DNA of 64,000 nucleotides from Bacteroidales bacterium (GCA_031553535.1 JAVBLM010000001.1:129600-193599); one strand, 5' to 3'. Shown: positions 1-10,628, counted from the stretch's first letter. Numbers and translations: made by a program. Notes: a model not told the origin generated them from the sequence alone.

Positions 1-1331
1 GTACGCGTTGTGTTCGTACATGTGCCCAATTGCAGGGAGTAAATGCCCTTACAATGGCCAACAAGGGAAATCTTGCAAAAATGAGTACGTTTAAAGAAAA
101 ACCGATGGCGGAAGTAGTCTGTACAAATTGCGGTCAATGTATCAACCGCTGCCCCACAGGAGCATTAACGGAAAGAACATATATTGAAGACGTATGGAAT
201 GCAATTTATGATCCTAAAAAACATGTCGTTGTTCAAACAGCCCCTGCGGTACGTGTTGCATTGGGAGAGCGTTTCGGCTTAAAGTCAGGACATCGTGTAA
301 CCGGAAAAATGGTTGCTGCCTTACGGGCAATGGGATTTGATTCTGTATTGGATACTGATTTTACAGCAGATCTCACTATTATGGAGGAGGGAACCGAGCT
401 TATATCGCGTCTGAAAAAAGTGCTGGTAGATGGTAATACCACTACTGCACTGCCCATGTTTACATCTTGCTCTCCGGGATGGATAAAATTTACTGAACAT
501 ATTTTTCCTGAGATGATTCCGAATTTATCGACATGTAAATCCCCGCAACAGATGTTTGGCGCTTTGGCAAAAACCTATTATGCGGAAAAAAGGGGAATTG
601 ATCCGAAAGATATTGTTTCGGTTTCAATTATGCCTTGTACAGCAAAAAAATACGAAGCCAACCGTTCGGAAATGCGGGATAGTGGATATCAAGATGTGGA
701 TTATGTATTAACTACACGCGAATTGGCAACAATGATTCAGCAATCGGGAATAAATGTCTTGACATTGAAAAATGAATCATACGATAGCATTATGGGAGAT
801 TCCAGTGGTGCAGGGGTTATTTTTGGTGCTACCGGCGGTGTAATGGAAGCCGCTATCCGTACTGCTTATGAACTTGTGACAGGAAAAGAAGTTCCCTTTG
901 AAGGACTACGTATTACTCCCGTACGCGGTTTTGATGGAATTAAAGAAGCATCCCTCTTGATTGAAAAAACAAAACCGGAGTATGAATTCTTAAAAGGAGT
1001 GGAATTGAAAGTGGCCATTGCCCATGGCCTGGCAAATGCCCGCAGATTGGTAGAAGCAATACAGGCAGGTAGTGTAAATTATCATTTTATAGAAGTAATG
1101 GCCTGTCCGGGTGGATGTTTAGGCGGTGGCGGTCAACCTATCCCTACCAACATAGACATTCGCAGCAAACGGATGGACGCCATTTACAAGGAGGATGAAA
1201 AAATGGCATACCGTAAATCACACGAGAATCCCGAAGTGATGGCATTGTACGAAGAATTTCTTGGGCAACCTAATGGAGAGGTATCCCATAAACTTTTACA
1301 TACATATTACACGGAAAGGAATAGATATTAA
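1..1331 (+). CDS. hydA: [FeFe]-hydrogenase catalytic subunit, H-cluster domain (5'-partial; frame already open at base 3)
   Basis: Frame 3 is open from the window edge (TRCVRTCAQLQG...). Ferredoxin-type CTNCGQCINRCP. H-cluster motifs FTSCSPGW, MPCTAKKYE and EVMACPGGCLGGGGQP. Stop TAA at 1329-1331. Confidence 0.9.
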   Translation, partial: TRCVRTCAQLQGVNALTMANKGNLAKMSTFKEKPMAEVVCTNCGQCINRCPTGALTERTYIEDVWNAIYDPKKHVVVQTAPAVRVALGERFGLKSGHRVTGKMVAALRAMGFDSVLDTDFTADLTIMEEGTELISRLKKVLVDGNTTTALPMFTSCSPGWIKFTEHIFPEMIPNLSTCKSPQQMFGALAKTYYAEKRGIDPKDIVSVSIMPCTAKKYEANRSEMRDSGYQDVDYVLTTRELATMIQQSGINVLTLKNESYDSIMGDSSGAGVIFGATGGVMEAAIRTAYELVTGKEVPFEGLRITPVRGFDGIKEASLLIEKTKPEYEFLKGVELKVAIAHGLANARRLVEAIQAGSVNYHFIEVMACPGGCLGGGGQPIPTNIDIRSKRMDAIYKEDEKMAYRKSHENPEVMALYEEFLGQPNGEVSHKLLHTYYTERNRY

Positions 1332-1337
1332 TTGATC

Positions 1338-1390
1338 CAAGATTAACTTCGTTGAGCTCGCAAGTTCAACGAAGTTAATCTTGAATTTTT
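1338..1390 (+). terminator. Intrinsic terminator-like hairpin between hydA and the hydS-like gene
   Basis: Perfect 18-bp stem: caagattaacttcgttga (1338-1355) pairs with tcaacgaagttaatcttg (1366-1383). The 10-nt loop is gctcgcaagt, followed by aattttt. Confidence 0.7.
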
Positions 1391-1402
1391 ATATGTAAAA
1401 TC

Positions 1403-3253
1403 ATGTTAGATAATATTATTCAGTTAGATAAAAGTAAATGCAAAGCATGTTATACATGTATCCGTGCCTGTCCTGTAAAGGCAATTCATGTTCGTAAAAA
1501 CAGTGTATTTCCCCATATTGAGGAAAGTAAATGTATTCTATGTGGTACTTGTATAGGTACATGCGCTTACAATGCCATTTCTTATATCGATTCCAAAAAG
1601 AGTGTAAAGCAATTATTAAATTCGGAAGAAAAAGTTGTTGCCATATGTGCACCTTCTATTGCAGGAGAATTTGATGATATTACGGATTATCGTAAATTCG
1701 TTAAAATGATCCGATTACTTGGTTTTTCCTATGTAACAGAAATGGCATTCGGAGTGGATATCATTGCTGAACGATATAAAAAGCTTACACATGATGAATT
1801 TAATGGAAAATATTACCTGACAAGCTGCTGTCCCTCAATAGTCGCTTTGATAGAAAAATTCTATCCGGAACTTATAGGAAACCTGACCCCATACGTCTCC
1901 CCTGCTTCTGCCTGTGCTATTGTTGCCAGAAAATCATATGGGAATAACCTGAAAGTTGTCCACATAACTCCATGTGTTGCCGCAAAGAAAGAAATTGACA
2001 GATATACCGGCTTGGCAAAAGTAAATGAGGTCTTGACATTTAAAGAATTGCGGGAATTATTTGATGAATTTAAAATCAATGAAACATTCAGCGAGTATTC
2101 CGATTTTGACGAACCGTTAGGATACAAAGGAAGCATGTATCCTATTTCCCAAGGTTTCTTAGAGGCAACGAGTTTAGATATCAGTCTATTAAAGGAGAAT
2201 ACAATTACTGCGGATGGTAAAAGTTCCGTTGACGCTGTTGAACAATTCCTGGAATATAATAAAACGATTAAACATAATTTTAACCTTTTCTTTTGTGAGG
2301 GATGCATTATGGGGCCGGGAAGCTCTGACGGAGGAGAAAAATATATGCGATATGCATTGGTTAAGGATTATATAAACAGAAGATTAACGAATTTTGATGT
2401 TGCAAAATGGCAATATAACATAGATCTTCATTCTAACTACAAAGAATTAAATGCGAAATTCATCAATAAAAAATATGAACTGCCTCCTCCGAGTGAATTT
2501 GAAATGAAAATAGCATTAAATCATATTACCGAACGAAATAATAATAAAGAAGTTAATTGTGGTGCATGTGGTTTCAATACCTGTAAAGGATTGGCCCGTG
2601 CAATCGCCCAAAATACAGCTATTCCCGAAATGTGCGTTACAAACTCCCAGATCGGTAATCGAGAAACATCCCACTCTTCGAAAAAGATCATTGAAGAACT
2701 GGATATGATCAAAAGTGAATTAAAAGTAACCAAAACGGCTCTTGACGAAACCAAGGAATTATTATATGCAAAGAATGAAGCATTATCTATTTTCATACGA
2801 GGACTTAATTCCGGAATCGTTTTCTGTGATGAAAATCTCAAAATCGTAGAGTCCAATCTCGGATTCATAGAAATCTTGGGAGAAGAGGTCAAAGAAATAC
2901 ATGATGTTATTCCTTATCTTATTGGGGCAGACCTTAAAACACTTTTGCCCGCTATGCTTATTTCCCAATTTCAATTCATATTAAATCATGATGAGACACG
3001 AATTAGCAGGGATGTGGAAATTGAGGAAAAATTAATAAATGTATCTATATTTCAACTAATACCAAAAAAATTAGTAGGCGCCGTATTTCGCAACCTGCAT
3101 TCCAAGGAAGAACGTCCTGAGGAAATTATACATCGTGTAACCGAAGTGATAGAAGAAAATCTAAGACAGGTACAACAAATCGGGTTTATCCTTGGAGAAG
3201 GAGCTGCAAAAACAGAAAAAATGCTCAATTCAATTATAAAATCATATGAATAA
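1403..3253 (+). CDS. Sensory-type (HydS-like, group C) [FeFe]-hydrogenase paralogue with C-terminal PAS domain
   Basis: N-terminal 2x[4Fe-4S] ferredoxin motifs (CKACYTCIRACP, CILCGTCIGTC). H-domain motifs are altered: TSCCPS, ITPCVAAKKE instead of MPC..K..E, and FFCEGCIMGPG instead of MACxxGCxxGGGQP. Extra CGACGFNTC-x16-C motif. PAS-like segment LNSGIVFCDENLKIVESNLGFIEILG.... Confidence 0.75.
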   Translation: MLDNIIQLDKSKCKACYTCIRACPVKAIHVRKNSVFPHIEESKCILCGTCIGTCAYNAISYIDSKKSVKQLLNSEEKVVAICAPSIAGEFDDITDYRKFVKMIRLLGFSYVTEMAFGVDIIAERYKKLTHDEFNGKYYLTSCCPSIVALIEKFYPELIGNLTPYVSPASACAIVARKSYGNNLKVVHITPCVAAKKEIDRYTGLAKVNEVLTFKELRELFDEFKINETFSEYSDFDEPLGYKGSMYPISQGFLEATSLDISLLKENTITADGKSSVDAVEQFLEYNKTIKHNFNLFFCEGCIMGPGSSDGGEKYMRYALVKDYINRRLTNFDVAKWQYNIDLHSNYKELNAKFINKKYELPPPSEFEMKIALNHITERNNNKEVNCGACGFNTCKGLARAIAQNTAIPEMCVTNSQIGNRETSHSSKKIIEELDMIKSELKVTKTALDETKELLYAKNEALSIFIRGLNSGIVFCDENLKIVESNLGFIEILGEEVKEIHDVIPYLIGADLKTLLPAMLISQFQFILNHDETRISRDVEIEEKLINVSIFQLIPKKLVGAVFRNLHSKEERPEEIIHRVTEVIEENLRQVQQIGFILGEGAAKTEKMLNSIIKSYE

Positions 3254-3426
3254 AAAATTAAGTATATTGATACCTTATCTATTATTTTTTCATCTTTTGG
3301 CAACTTTAATATTTTAACCTCTCATTTCTCATTTAAATTCTTAAACAAAATAAACATGTCAGATTGTCACTTCGGATTTATGGCATAAGTTTTGGATATT
3401 GAAAACATATCAAAAAAGAATCAATT

Positions 3427-5298
3427 ATGCAAAAAGGAAGTATAAGTATGCAATCGGAAAATATGTTTCCGATAATTAAAAAATTTTTATATTCTGATAA
3501 TGAAATATTTCTTCGTGAACTGGTTTCTAATGCGGTAGACGCTACAAAGAAATTACAAACCTTGACATCCATGGGAAAAGCGCAAGGAGAATTGGGCGAT
3601 CTCACCATAGAAATAAAGGTTGATGAAAAAAACAAAAGCCTGGTCATTTCCGACCGTGGTATTGGAATGACAGGCGAAGAAGTAGACAAATACATTAATA
3701 ATGTAGCCTTTTCCGGTGCAAACGAGTTCCTGGAAAAATACGAAGGAGTTGATGCAAATTCGTTAATTGGGCATTTCGGATTAGGTTTCTATTCCGCATT
3801 TATGGTGGCCGATAAAGTGGAAATTGTAACTAAATCTTATCTCCCTGATACCACTGCTGTAAAATGGACTTGTAACGGAAGCACTGAATATATAATTGAA
3901 GATACCGTAAAAGAAGATCGTGGAACAGACATTATTCTTTATCTGGCAGAAGATTCCATGGAATTTTTGCAAGAGAATCGGATCTTGAATATCCTTACAA
4001 AATATTGCCGGTTTTTGCCTGTCCCTATCCGTTTCGGAAATGAAAAGAAGTGGGAAAAGGTAGAAGGACAAGATAAAGATGTGGAAGTAGAAATACCAAG
4101 GATTATCAATGACACAAATCCTATTTGGAAGCTTTCCCCATCCGAACTAAAGAAAGAAGATTATGAGAAGTTTTACAGGGAGCTTTATCCGCACTCTTTC
4201 GACCAACCGTTGTTTAACATTCATATCAATATAGATTATCCTTTTGACCTTACGGGAATATTATATTTTCCCAAGATTAAACAACAGGTCGATTTTCAGA
4301 AAAACAAGATCCAACTATATTGCAATCAAGTGTATATTACAGATCAGCTGGAAGGAATCGTTCCTGAATTCCTGATGTTACTACAGGGGGTTATCGATTC
4401 TCCGGACATTCCATTGAATGTAAGCAGAAGTTATTTACAAAGCGATAGCAATGTCAAGAAAATATCATCGCATATCACCAAAAAGGTAGCCGATAAACTG
4501 GAAGAAATGTTTTCCAAGGACAGAGAAGATTTTCAAACAAAATGGGACGATATCCGAATGTTCATGCAATATGGTGTATTAACAGACGAAAAATTTTACG
4601 AACGTGCAAAAAAATTCCTCCTATTTAAGAATATCGATGGAAAATATTTTACCATTGAGGAATACAAAAAGCAAATCGAATCGTTACAAAAAGACAAAGA
4701 TGATACGTTGGTTATATTATACGCCACAAATAATGAAGAACAATATACGCAGATAGAAGCCGCCAAAGGAAAAGGATATGATGTTCTGCTGATGGATGGA
4801 GCACTGGATATACACTTTATCAATTTGTTGGAACAAACGTTAGAAAAAATAAAATTCGTCCGGGTTGATTCCGATGTTACGGACAAATTGATTGAAAAGG
4901 GAGATAAACCTGTCTCAAAATTAACGGAAGAGCAGCAGAAAAAGCTCAACACCATTTTTGAAGAAGCCACAAATAAAAATAAGTTTACAATTGTCTTTGA
5001 AAATCTAAGCGATACCGATTTTCCTGTTAGTATTACACACCCCGAGTTTATTCGTCGCTGGGCAGATATGCAAAAAATGACAGGGAGTGCACCTATGTTC
5101 GGAATGGATATCCAAAAAAGTAATCTGGTTGTAAATACCAACCATCCTATTATGGAGAAAATCCTGGAGGAAAAAAGCAAGAAAAAAAGATCCGTATTGG
5201 TTTCCCAGTTGATAGATTTATCCCTGTTGTCTCAACAAATGCTTACCGGGGAATCTCTGGCAGCTTTTGTAAAACGCAGTCTGGAAATATTGAATTAA
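3427..5298 (+). CDS. htpG: Molecular chaperone HtpG (Hsp90)
   Basis: 623 aa with GHKL N-box FLRELVSNAVDA, GIGMT and GQFGLGFYS-like HFGLGFYSAF. Full-length Hsp90 architecture. Confidence 0.95.
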   Translation: MQKGSISMQSENMFPIIKKFLYSDNEIFLRELVSNAVDATKKLQTLTSMGKAQGELGDLTIEIKVDEKNKSLVISDRGIGMTGEEVDKYINNVAFSGANEFLEKYEGVDANSLIGHFGLGFYSAFMVADKVEIVTKSYLPDTTAVKWTCNGSTEYIIEDTVKEDRGTDIILYLAEDSMEFLQENRILNILTKYCRFLPVPIRFGNEKKWEKVEGQDKDVEVEIPRIINDTNPIWKLSPSELKKEDYEKFYRELYPHSFDQPLFNIHINIDYPFDLTGILYFPKIKQQVDFQKNKIQLYCNQVYITDQLEGIVPEFLMLLQGVIDSPDIPLNVSRSYLQSDSNVKKISSHITKKVADKLEEMFSKDREDFQTKWDDIRMFMQYGVLTDEKFYERAKKFLLFKNIDGKYFTIEEYKKQIESLQKDKDDTLVILYATNNEEQYTQIEAAKGKGYDVLLMDGALDIHFINLLEQTLEKIKFVRVDSDVTDKLIEKGDKPVSKLTEEQQKKLNTIFEEATNKNKFTIVFENLSDTDFPVSITHPEFIRRWADMQKMTGSAPMFGMDIQKSNLVVNTNHPIMEKILEEKSKKKRSVLVSQLIDLSLLSQQMLTGESLAAFVKRSLEILN

Positions 5299-5323
5299 CA
5301 GAAGTTATTTTATTACTCACAAT

Positions 5324-5361
5324 GCGGACACTAAGGTTATCGAAGTGTCCGCGTTGTTTTA
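5324..5361 (+). terminator. Intrinsic terminator after htpG
   Basis: 8-bp GC-rich stem gcggacac (5324-5331) / gtgtccgc (5345-5352) followed by gttgtttta. Confidence 0.6.
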
Positions 5362-5467
5362 TATTGAGAGAGCATTTCGACAAGCTGAATAACCCTCAAT
5401 TTGTTTTTGGCCATCCTTTTTGAGAATAATATCTAAGAACAAATAAAATTCACTTCCAAAAAAAGTA

Positions 5468-5475
5468 TAATTTTG
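5468..5475 (+). promoter_or_regulatory. Bacteroidetes -7 promoter box (TAatTTTG) upstream of aspS
   Basis: Exact match to TAnnTTTG, 38 nt upstream of the ATG at 5513. Confidence 0.35.
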
Positions 5476-5512
5476 CTTTTATTTTTTGAAGAACTTTAAA
5501 CAAATACAAACA

Positions 5513-7261
5513 ATGTACAGAACAAATACTTGTGGCGAATTGAGCATATCTGATGTCGGACGAAAAGTAATACTTTGCGGATGGGTACAAAAATCAAGGG
5601 ATCTGGGGGGAATGACTTTTATTGATCTGAGAGACCGATATGGAATTACACAATTGGCTTTTAACATGGAAACAAATGCAACATTATGTGAACAAGCCCG
5701 GACATTGGGAAGAGAATATGTTATCCAAACAGAAGGTATTGTTGCTGAACGTTATAATAAAAACAAAAATATCCCTACCGGAGATATTGAGATCCAGGTA
5801 GAAAAGATAACCATACTTAACGAAGCGAAAACTCCTCCCTTTACCATCGAAGACAATACCGATGGAGGAGATGAGTTACGCATGCAATACCGGTACCTGG
5901 ATATTCGCCGCAACAGTGTAAAAAACAACCTGATGCTTCGTCATAGAATAGGTTTGGAAATCCGTAATTACCTAAGTGGAATAGGCTTTATTGAAATAGA
6001 AACTCCATTTTTGATTAGTTCCACACCCGAAGGTGCCCGTGATTTCCTTGTTCCTTCGAGGATGAATGAAGGAAAATTCTATGCCCTGCCCCAGTCCCCG
6101 CAAACGTTCAAACAGTTATTAATGATTGGTGGCATGGATAAGTATTTCCAGATAGTAAAGTGCTTCCGTGATGAAGACCTGCGGGCTGACCGTCAACCGG
6201 AATTTACGCAAGTAGATTGTGAAATGTCGTTTGTAACTCAGGAAGATGTTTTGCAGACATTCGAAGGACTATATAAATATTTGTTTCAAACAGTAAAAGG
6301 TATGTCTATGGAAAACTTCCAACGCATGACTTATGCCGATGCGATGAAATATTATGGTAGCGATAAACCGGATTTACGATTCGGGATGCCATTTGTAGAA
6401 CTGAACGAGCTATTGCAACACCGCGATTTTAAAGTATTCAACGAAGCCGAACATATAATCGGCATCTGTGCTGAAAACTGCGCCGGTTTCACCCGGAAAC
6501 AACTGGACTCGTTAACCGATTTTGTCAAGCGTCCTCAAGTTGGAGCTAGCGGATTGGTATATGTTTTATGCAATGAAGACGGCAGCTTTAAATCATCCGT
6601 AGATAAATTTTACTCGCAGGAGGATTTGCATGCCGTTTCGATAAAATGTAATGCCAAAGCCGGGGATTTAATTCTGGTACTATGCGGTAAAACAGAGAAA
6701 ACACAAAAAGCATTATGCGAATTACGTCTTGAAATGGGTTCTCTCCTCGGCTTACGCGATCCGGAGAAATTCAAACCTTTATGGGTAATTGATTTCCCAT
6801 TGTTGGAATGGGATGACGAAACACAACGTTTCTATGCCAAGCACCACCCTTTTACAGCCCCGAAGCCCGAAGACGAAGATTTGTTAAAGAGCGATCCCGC
6901 TGCCGTCCGCGCCAATGCATACGACTTGGTAATTAATGGCGTTGAAGTGGGCGGCGGTTCTGTTCGTATCTTCCAACGTGAATTACAGAAACAAATGTTT
7001 CGGGTATTAGGATTTTCCAATGAAGAAGCCCAAGCAAAGTTCGGCTTCCTGATGAATGCTTTTGAATACGGTGCTCCCCCGCATGCGGGAATTGCCTTTG
7101 GATTCGATCGTATGTGTGCTGTTTTCAATGGTGTTGATTCCATTCGTGATTTTATCGCTTTTCCAAAGAATAACTCGGGAAGAGATGTTATGATCGATGC
7201 TCCTTCTACTATCAGCGAAGAGCAACTTAAGGAACTTCATATTATTTCTACCGCGAAATAA
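5513..7261 (+). CDS. aspS: Aspartate--tRNA ligase
   Basis: Class II aaRS motifs [25 protein letters not shown] and GIAFGFDR. The track start at 5486 is TTG. The ATG at 5513 ([10 protein letters not shown]) fits the family N-terminus. Confidence 0.95.
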   Translation: MYRTNTCGELSISDVGRKVILCGWVQKSRDLGGMTFIDLRDRYGITQLAFNMETNATLCEQARTLGREYVIQTEGIVAERYNKNKNIPTGDIEIQVEKITILNEAKTPPFTIEDNTDGGDELRMQYRYLDIRRNSVKNNLMLRHRIGLEIRNYLSGIGFIEIETPFLISSTPEGARDFLVPSRMNEGKFYALPQSPQTFKQLLMIGGMDKYFQIVKCFRDEDLRADRQPEFTQVDCEMSFVTQEDVLQTFEGLYKYLFQTVKGMSMENFQRMTYADAMKYYGSDKPDLRFGMPFVELNELLQHRDFKVFNEAEHIIGICAENCAGFTRKQLDSLTDFVKRPQVGASGLVYVLCNEDGSFKSSVDKFYSQEDLHAVSIKCNAKAGDLILVLCGKTEKTQKALCELRLEMGSLLGLRDPEKFKPLWVIDFPLLEWDDETQRFYAKHHPFTAPKPEDEDLLKSDPAAVRANAYDLVINGVEVGGGSVRIFQRELQKQMFRVLGFSNEEAQAKFGFLMNAFEYGAPPHAGIAFGFDRMCAVFNGVDSIRDFIAFPKNNSGRDVMIDAPSTISEEQLKELHIISTAK

Positions 7262-7306
7262 TAGAATAATTTATATTCTTTTTATTCGAATCGTATTTGA
7301 GGAAAC

Positions 7307-8281
7307 TTACAAAATATAAGTTTCTAATAACTTACATTGGGGTCCCGGGTGAATGATTGCACCTTCAATAGAAGCAGGCATGAATACACATTCTCCTATC
7401 TTAATTGTCTCTTCTCCCTCAGGACAGGTAATCTTAGCCTTTCCCGATAAACAGATATAAATAACAAATGAATCAATATCCGCATAAATCTTTTCCACCG
7501 GTTTATCAAAGTCCATAAAATTTGTTGCAAAAAATGGTGTGGAGACAATATTGTTCGTATTATTTTGCTGCCTCGAATATTGAATAAACCCATTATCCGT
7601 ATCGTTATAATGAATAGCATCCAAAGCATCTTCTATATGCAATGTCCTTAAACTTCCATCTTTATCTTTACGATTATAATCATGTAAGCGGTATGTAATG
7701 TCCGAGCTTTGCTGGATTTCAGCTAGTAAAATCCCCTTCCCGATTGCATGAACTTTTCCCGAAGGAATAAAAACAGCATCACCGGATTTTACAGTAACAA
7801 AATGCAAGACTTCCTCTATCGTATTATTCGTAATATGTTCTTTTAGTAATTGCTTATTCATGGGGATATTAAATCCGATATTAAGTTTGGCCCCCGGATC
7901 GGCATCGATAACATACCACATTTCTGTCTTGCCGTTACAACGATGTTTTTGTCCTGCAAGTTTATCATCAGGATGAACCTGCACAGATAAATCTTTTTCC
8001 GCATCAATAAATTTAATCAATAATGGAAACTCATGCCCAAATTTATCAAACACCTTCTCCCCTACCAAATCACCCATATAGATTTCAATAAGTTCATTCA
8101 GTGTATTTCCCTCTAAAAATCCATTATCAACCATGCTGGATTCAGGTTCTATTCCTGATATTTTCCACGCTTCACCACAATTGGGCAATGGAGAAAAATC
8201 CTGTCCTAAAATACGTTTTATCTTATCTCCCCCCCAAATCTTATCTTTAAAGATAGTCTTGAACTTTAATGGATACAGCAT
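7307..8281 (-). CDS. manA: Type I mannose-6-phosphate isomerase (cupin)
   Basis: 324 aa. N-terminus MLYPLKFKTIFKDKIWGG and metal-site motif LSVQVHPDD are typical of this family. Confidence 0.8.
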   Translation of the reverse strand: MLYPLKFKTIFKDKIWGGDKIKRILGQDFSPLPNCGEAWKISGIEPESSMVDNGFLEGNTLNELIEIYMGDLVGEKVFDKFGHEFPLLIKFIDAEKDLSVQVHPDDKLAGQKHRCNGKTEMWYVIDADPGAKLNIGFNIPMNKQLLKEHITNNTIEEVLHFVTVKSGDAVFIPSGKVHAIGKGILLAEIQQSSDITYRLHDYNRKDKDGSLRTLHIEDALDAIHYNDTDNGFIQYSRQQNNTNNIVSTPFFATNFMDFDKPVEKIYADIDSFVIYICLSGKAKITCPEGEETIKIGECVFMPASIEGAIIHPGPQCKLLETYIL

Positions 8282-8308
8282 ATCGAATTATTTATTATAA
8301 TGTTTATA

Positions 8309-8316
8309 CAAAGATA
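8309..8316 (-). promoter_or_regulatory. -7 promoter box (TAtcTTTG) upstream of manA
   Basis: The reverse complement of caaagata is TATCTTTG, 28 nt upstream of the manA ATG. Confidence 0.35.
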
Positions 8317-8455
8317 TAATTTTTATGTTATTTACGGAAGTCTGCATTGTATCACTTTTATCGGTTTTATCTATTTTATCGGCTTTATCCTTTCTGCTTG
8401 TTGCGTTTTTATATTTCCCGCTGACCTCGCAAACTTCCGCAGACAATCATTATTT

Positions 8456-9076
8456 CTAGTTCTTGCAATTGCATGATCTGGAAAACAGAAACTTTGTCTT
8501 GGGCAATGTAGCTTGCAAAAGTTCCCTGTATTCATCGCCTATATTAATAACACGCATGTCGACAGTCTTCAATGAATTTTCAAGCAGGTTAATTTCTGTC
8601 GGAAATTCAATGATTAAATTACTCCATAAATCCAAATAAGATAACTGAAGCAATTGGGCAATTTCCACCGGAAGAGAAAGTAAATAATTCCGGTTAACTA
8701 TTAATCGCTCTAAGTGAATCAGGTTTTTAATCTTATAAGAAAGACTGTCCAGTTTATTATTAGATAAATCTAGAACGGTCAGGTTGTCTAAGCTCCAAAC
8801 AGCATCCGGAACCTTCTTTAATCTCATACTATTAAGATGTAATTCCTGCAGGTTGGGGTACCGTACTATTTTTTCTTCAAAATCATCAGGAAGTTTTCTT
8901 TTAAAGGAAAAACGATATACACTATCTGCCGGAACAAGGTTAGCCTGTTCGAAAGAAGTATATAATGTCTGATTTTGCAGCTGGGAAGAATCCTGCAATT
9001 GCCCGTAAGAAAAGGATACGGAACACAAACAAAAAGAAAACAACAAAGATTTATTTACTAGTATTCTAAAAATCAT
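8456..9076 (-). CDS. Secreted leucine-rich-repeat (LRR) protein
   Basis: Signal peptide, then repeated LxxLxLxxNxL units (LQELHLNSMRL, LTVLDLSNNKL, LERLIVNRNYL, LSYLDLWSNLI). Confidence 0.7.
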   Translation of the reverse strand: MIFRILVNKSLLFSFCLCSVSFSYGQLQDSSQLQNQTLYTSFEQANLVPADSVYRFSFKRKLPDDFEEKIVRYPNLQELHLNSMRLKKVPDAVWSLDNLTVLDLSNNKLDSLSYKIKNLIHLERLIVNRNYLLSLPVEIAQLLQLSYLDLWSNLIIEFPTEINLLENSLKTVDMRVINIGDEYRELLQATLPKTKFLFSRSCNCKN

Positions 9077-9082
9077 AAATAA

Positions 9083-9661
9083 TTATTTTTTATAACAATA
9101 ATGTCCGATAATCACAAAATGAAATAACATATCCTCTTCCATTTGCCCAGCCCCAATATTATGAACTATTTTATAGCGCCGTCCATCGTCAGACTTTTTA
9201 TTAACAACAATTCCGATATGAGTAATGCCGCCATCGAGATTCCAACAAACAATATCTCCCGGCTGATAATCTTTCGCATTGTCCGTAATAGGCTTTATTT
9301 GCCCATGCCTGGAAAAAAAAGTCATTAAATTAGGAACCCTTCGATGGTCAATATTTTTATCGGGACTACTTAAGCCCCATTTCTTAGGGTATTTGGAAAA
9401 ATTAGCTGTCATGTCTTCATGCACTTCCTTTTGTAGATCAATTCCCATTTTCCGGTATGCCCGGATTATAACATCGGTACAAACACCTTTATTAGCCGCA
9501 ACATCTCCATTGGGATAGGCTATTTTTACATAAGACGGATCATAATCTACCGGTTGCTTTGTCAACTCAAGCGCCGCTTTCGAAAGGCTATCATAAAAGG
9601 TAGTTTGCCCTAGACCTCGTAAAGAGGTAATCAAAAGGAAAACTAGAAAGATTTTTTTCAT
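9083..9661 (-). CDS. DUF1287-family secreted protein
   Basis: GVCTDVIIRAYRKMGIDLQKEVHEDM and the C-terminal GDIVCW...THIGIV are typical of DUF1287. The start is moved to MKKIFLVFLL (ATG at 9661), which gives a signal peptide and removes the overlap with the neighbouring gene. Confidence 0.7.
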   Translation of the reverse strand: MKKIFLVFLLITSLRGLGQTTFYDSLSKAALELTKQPVDYDPSYVKIAYPNGDVAANKGVCTDVIIRAYRKMGIDLQKEVHEDMTANFSKYPKKWGLSSPDKNIDHRRVPNLMTFFSRHGQIKPITDNAKDYQPGDIVCWNLDGGITHIGIVVNKKSDDGRRYKIVHNIGAGQMEEDMLFHFVIIGHYCYKK

Positions 9662-9668
9662 ATCTTTA

Positions 9669-10628
9669 CTACTTCGGTATATAAAAAATCTTTGTTTTAT
9701 TCTCCCTTGGAGGAAGAGGCTTATCCGGATTACGTGCAATCACATCCGCTTTATACACCCATTTGCCATCGGTTTCTATAAATGCATCATTCATACTTGC
9801 TTCCCCCACCATAAACTGGGGGATCTGTTGCAACGACTCATCCATAGGAATCAACCGGTTAAAAATAATCATTTCCGTAAACACGGTATCTATCGTATAC
9901 TTATTCGTTTTTTTATCTCTTTTATCAGATTTTTTCGTATAAAATTGCTTCTCGTAACGCAATAAAAAAGGAGCCCGTTTTGCATATTCGAAGACAATCC
10001 GCATTGTACGATTCTTTGTATACCCTTTAAAGATGAGCGCTCCAAAAGATGGAACCCCTTTATTGTTTAGAGACAAAACCTCTATAAGCTTATGTTGGGA
10101 TAAAATATCTCCCCCATTCCATCCCAATAATGTATAATATGTCTTATCATTGGTTCCCTTTATTTCGATAAGTTCGGTGTATAAAGCCCCGTACCAATTC
10201 TCACATGTCAGAACCTGTGCAGCAGGAGTATTGATCCTTCGCCACTTATCAGTCAATGTATAGAGTTTATATTGTTTCTTTTCTTCATTGTAAGCTTGAA
10301 GAAATCCATAATGTTCATGAATTCCTTCATCACTGATAAGATACCAGGTAAAAATACGTACTTTCTTATCCGGAGAAGTTAATACGGATATAGTTTTCAG
10401 TGAATCAAAAGGGTAAGATATCGAATTTTTTAATTCAAGGGTTTCTTCAAGCAGGAGTAACAATTGTTCATTCTTTTGATAACGAGGTATGGTATTGCGT
10501 TCAGAAATAATGTCTTTATGCAACCTGACAATAGAATCTTCCAAGGTGACAAATGTCTCTTTTTTCTGAGCATATCCACTTACAGATATACCTAATACAA
10601 ACAAAAGTAATAATAATTGCTTTTCCAT
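9669..10628 (-). CDS. Hypothetical secreted protein
   Basis: 319-aa ORF with an N-terminal signal peptide (MEKQLLLLLFVLGISVSGYAQ). I do not recognise the family. Confidence 0.6.
   Translation of the reverse strand: MEKQLLLLLFVLGISVSGYAQKKETFVTLEDSIVRLHKDIISERNTIPRYQKNEQLLLLLEETLELKNSISYPFDSLKTISVLTSPDKKVRIFTWYLISDEGIHEHYGFLQAYNEEKKQYKLYTLTDKWRRINTPAAQVLTCENWYGALYTELIEIKGTNDKTYYTLLGWNGGDILSQHKLIEVLSLNNKGVPSFGALIFKGYTKNRTMRIVFEYAKRAPFLLRYEKQFYTKKSDKRDKKTNKYTIDTVFTEMIIFNRLIPMDESLQQIPQFMVGEASMNDAFIETDGKWVYKADVIARNPDKPLPPRENKTKIFYIPK

Noticed and set aside
5486-5512. Upstream-extended starts given by the track (aspS 5486 TTG, DUF1287 9739, rsmH 15987 GTG, ftsQ 26540 TTG, TetR 38938, TPR-LuxR 50571 TTG)
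   Set aside because: The extensions lack family counterparts, remove signal peptides from the N-terminus, or overlap neighbours. Downstream ATGs fit better.
7263-7279. AGAATA-attta-TATTCT hairpin between convergent aspS and manA as a bidirectional terminator
   Set aside because: A 6-bp AT-only stem is too weak to call with confidence.
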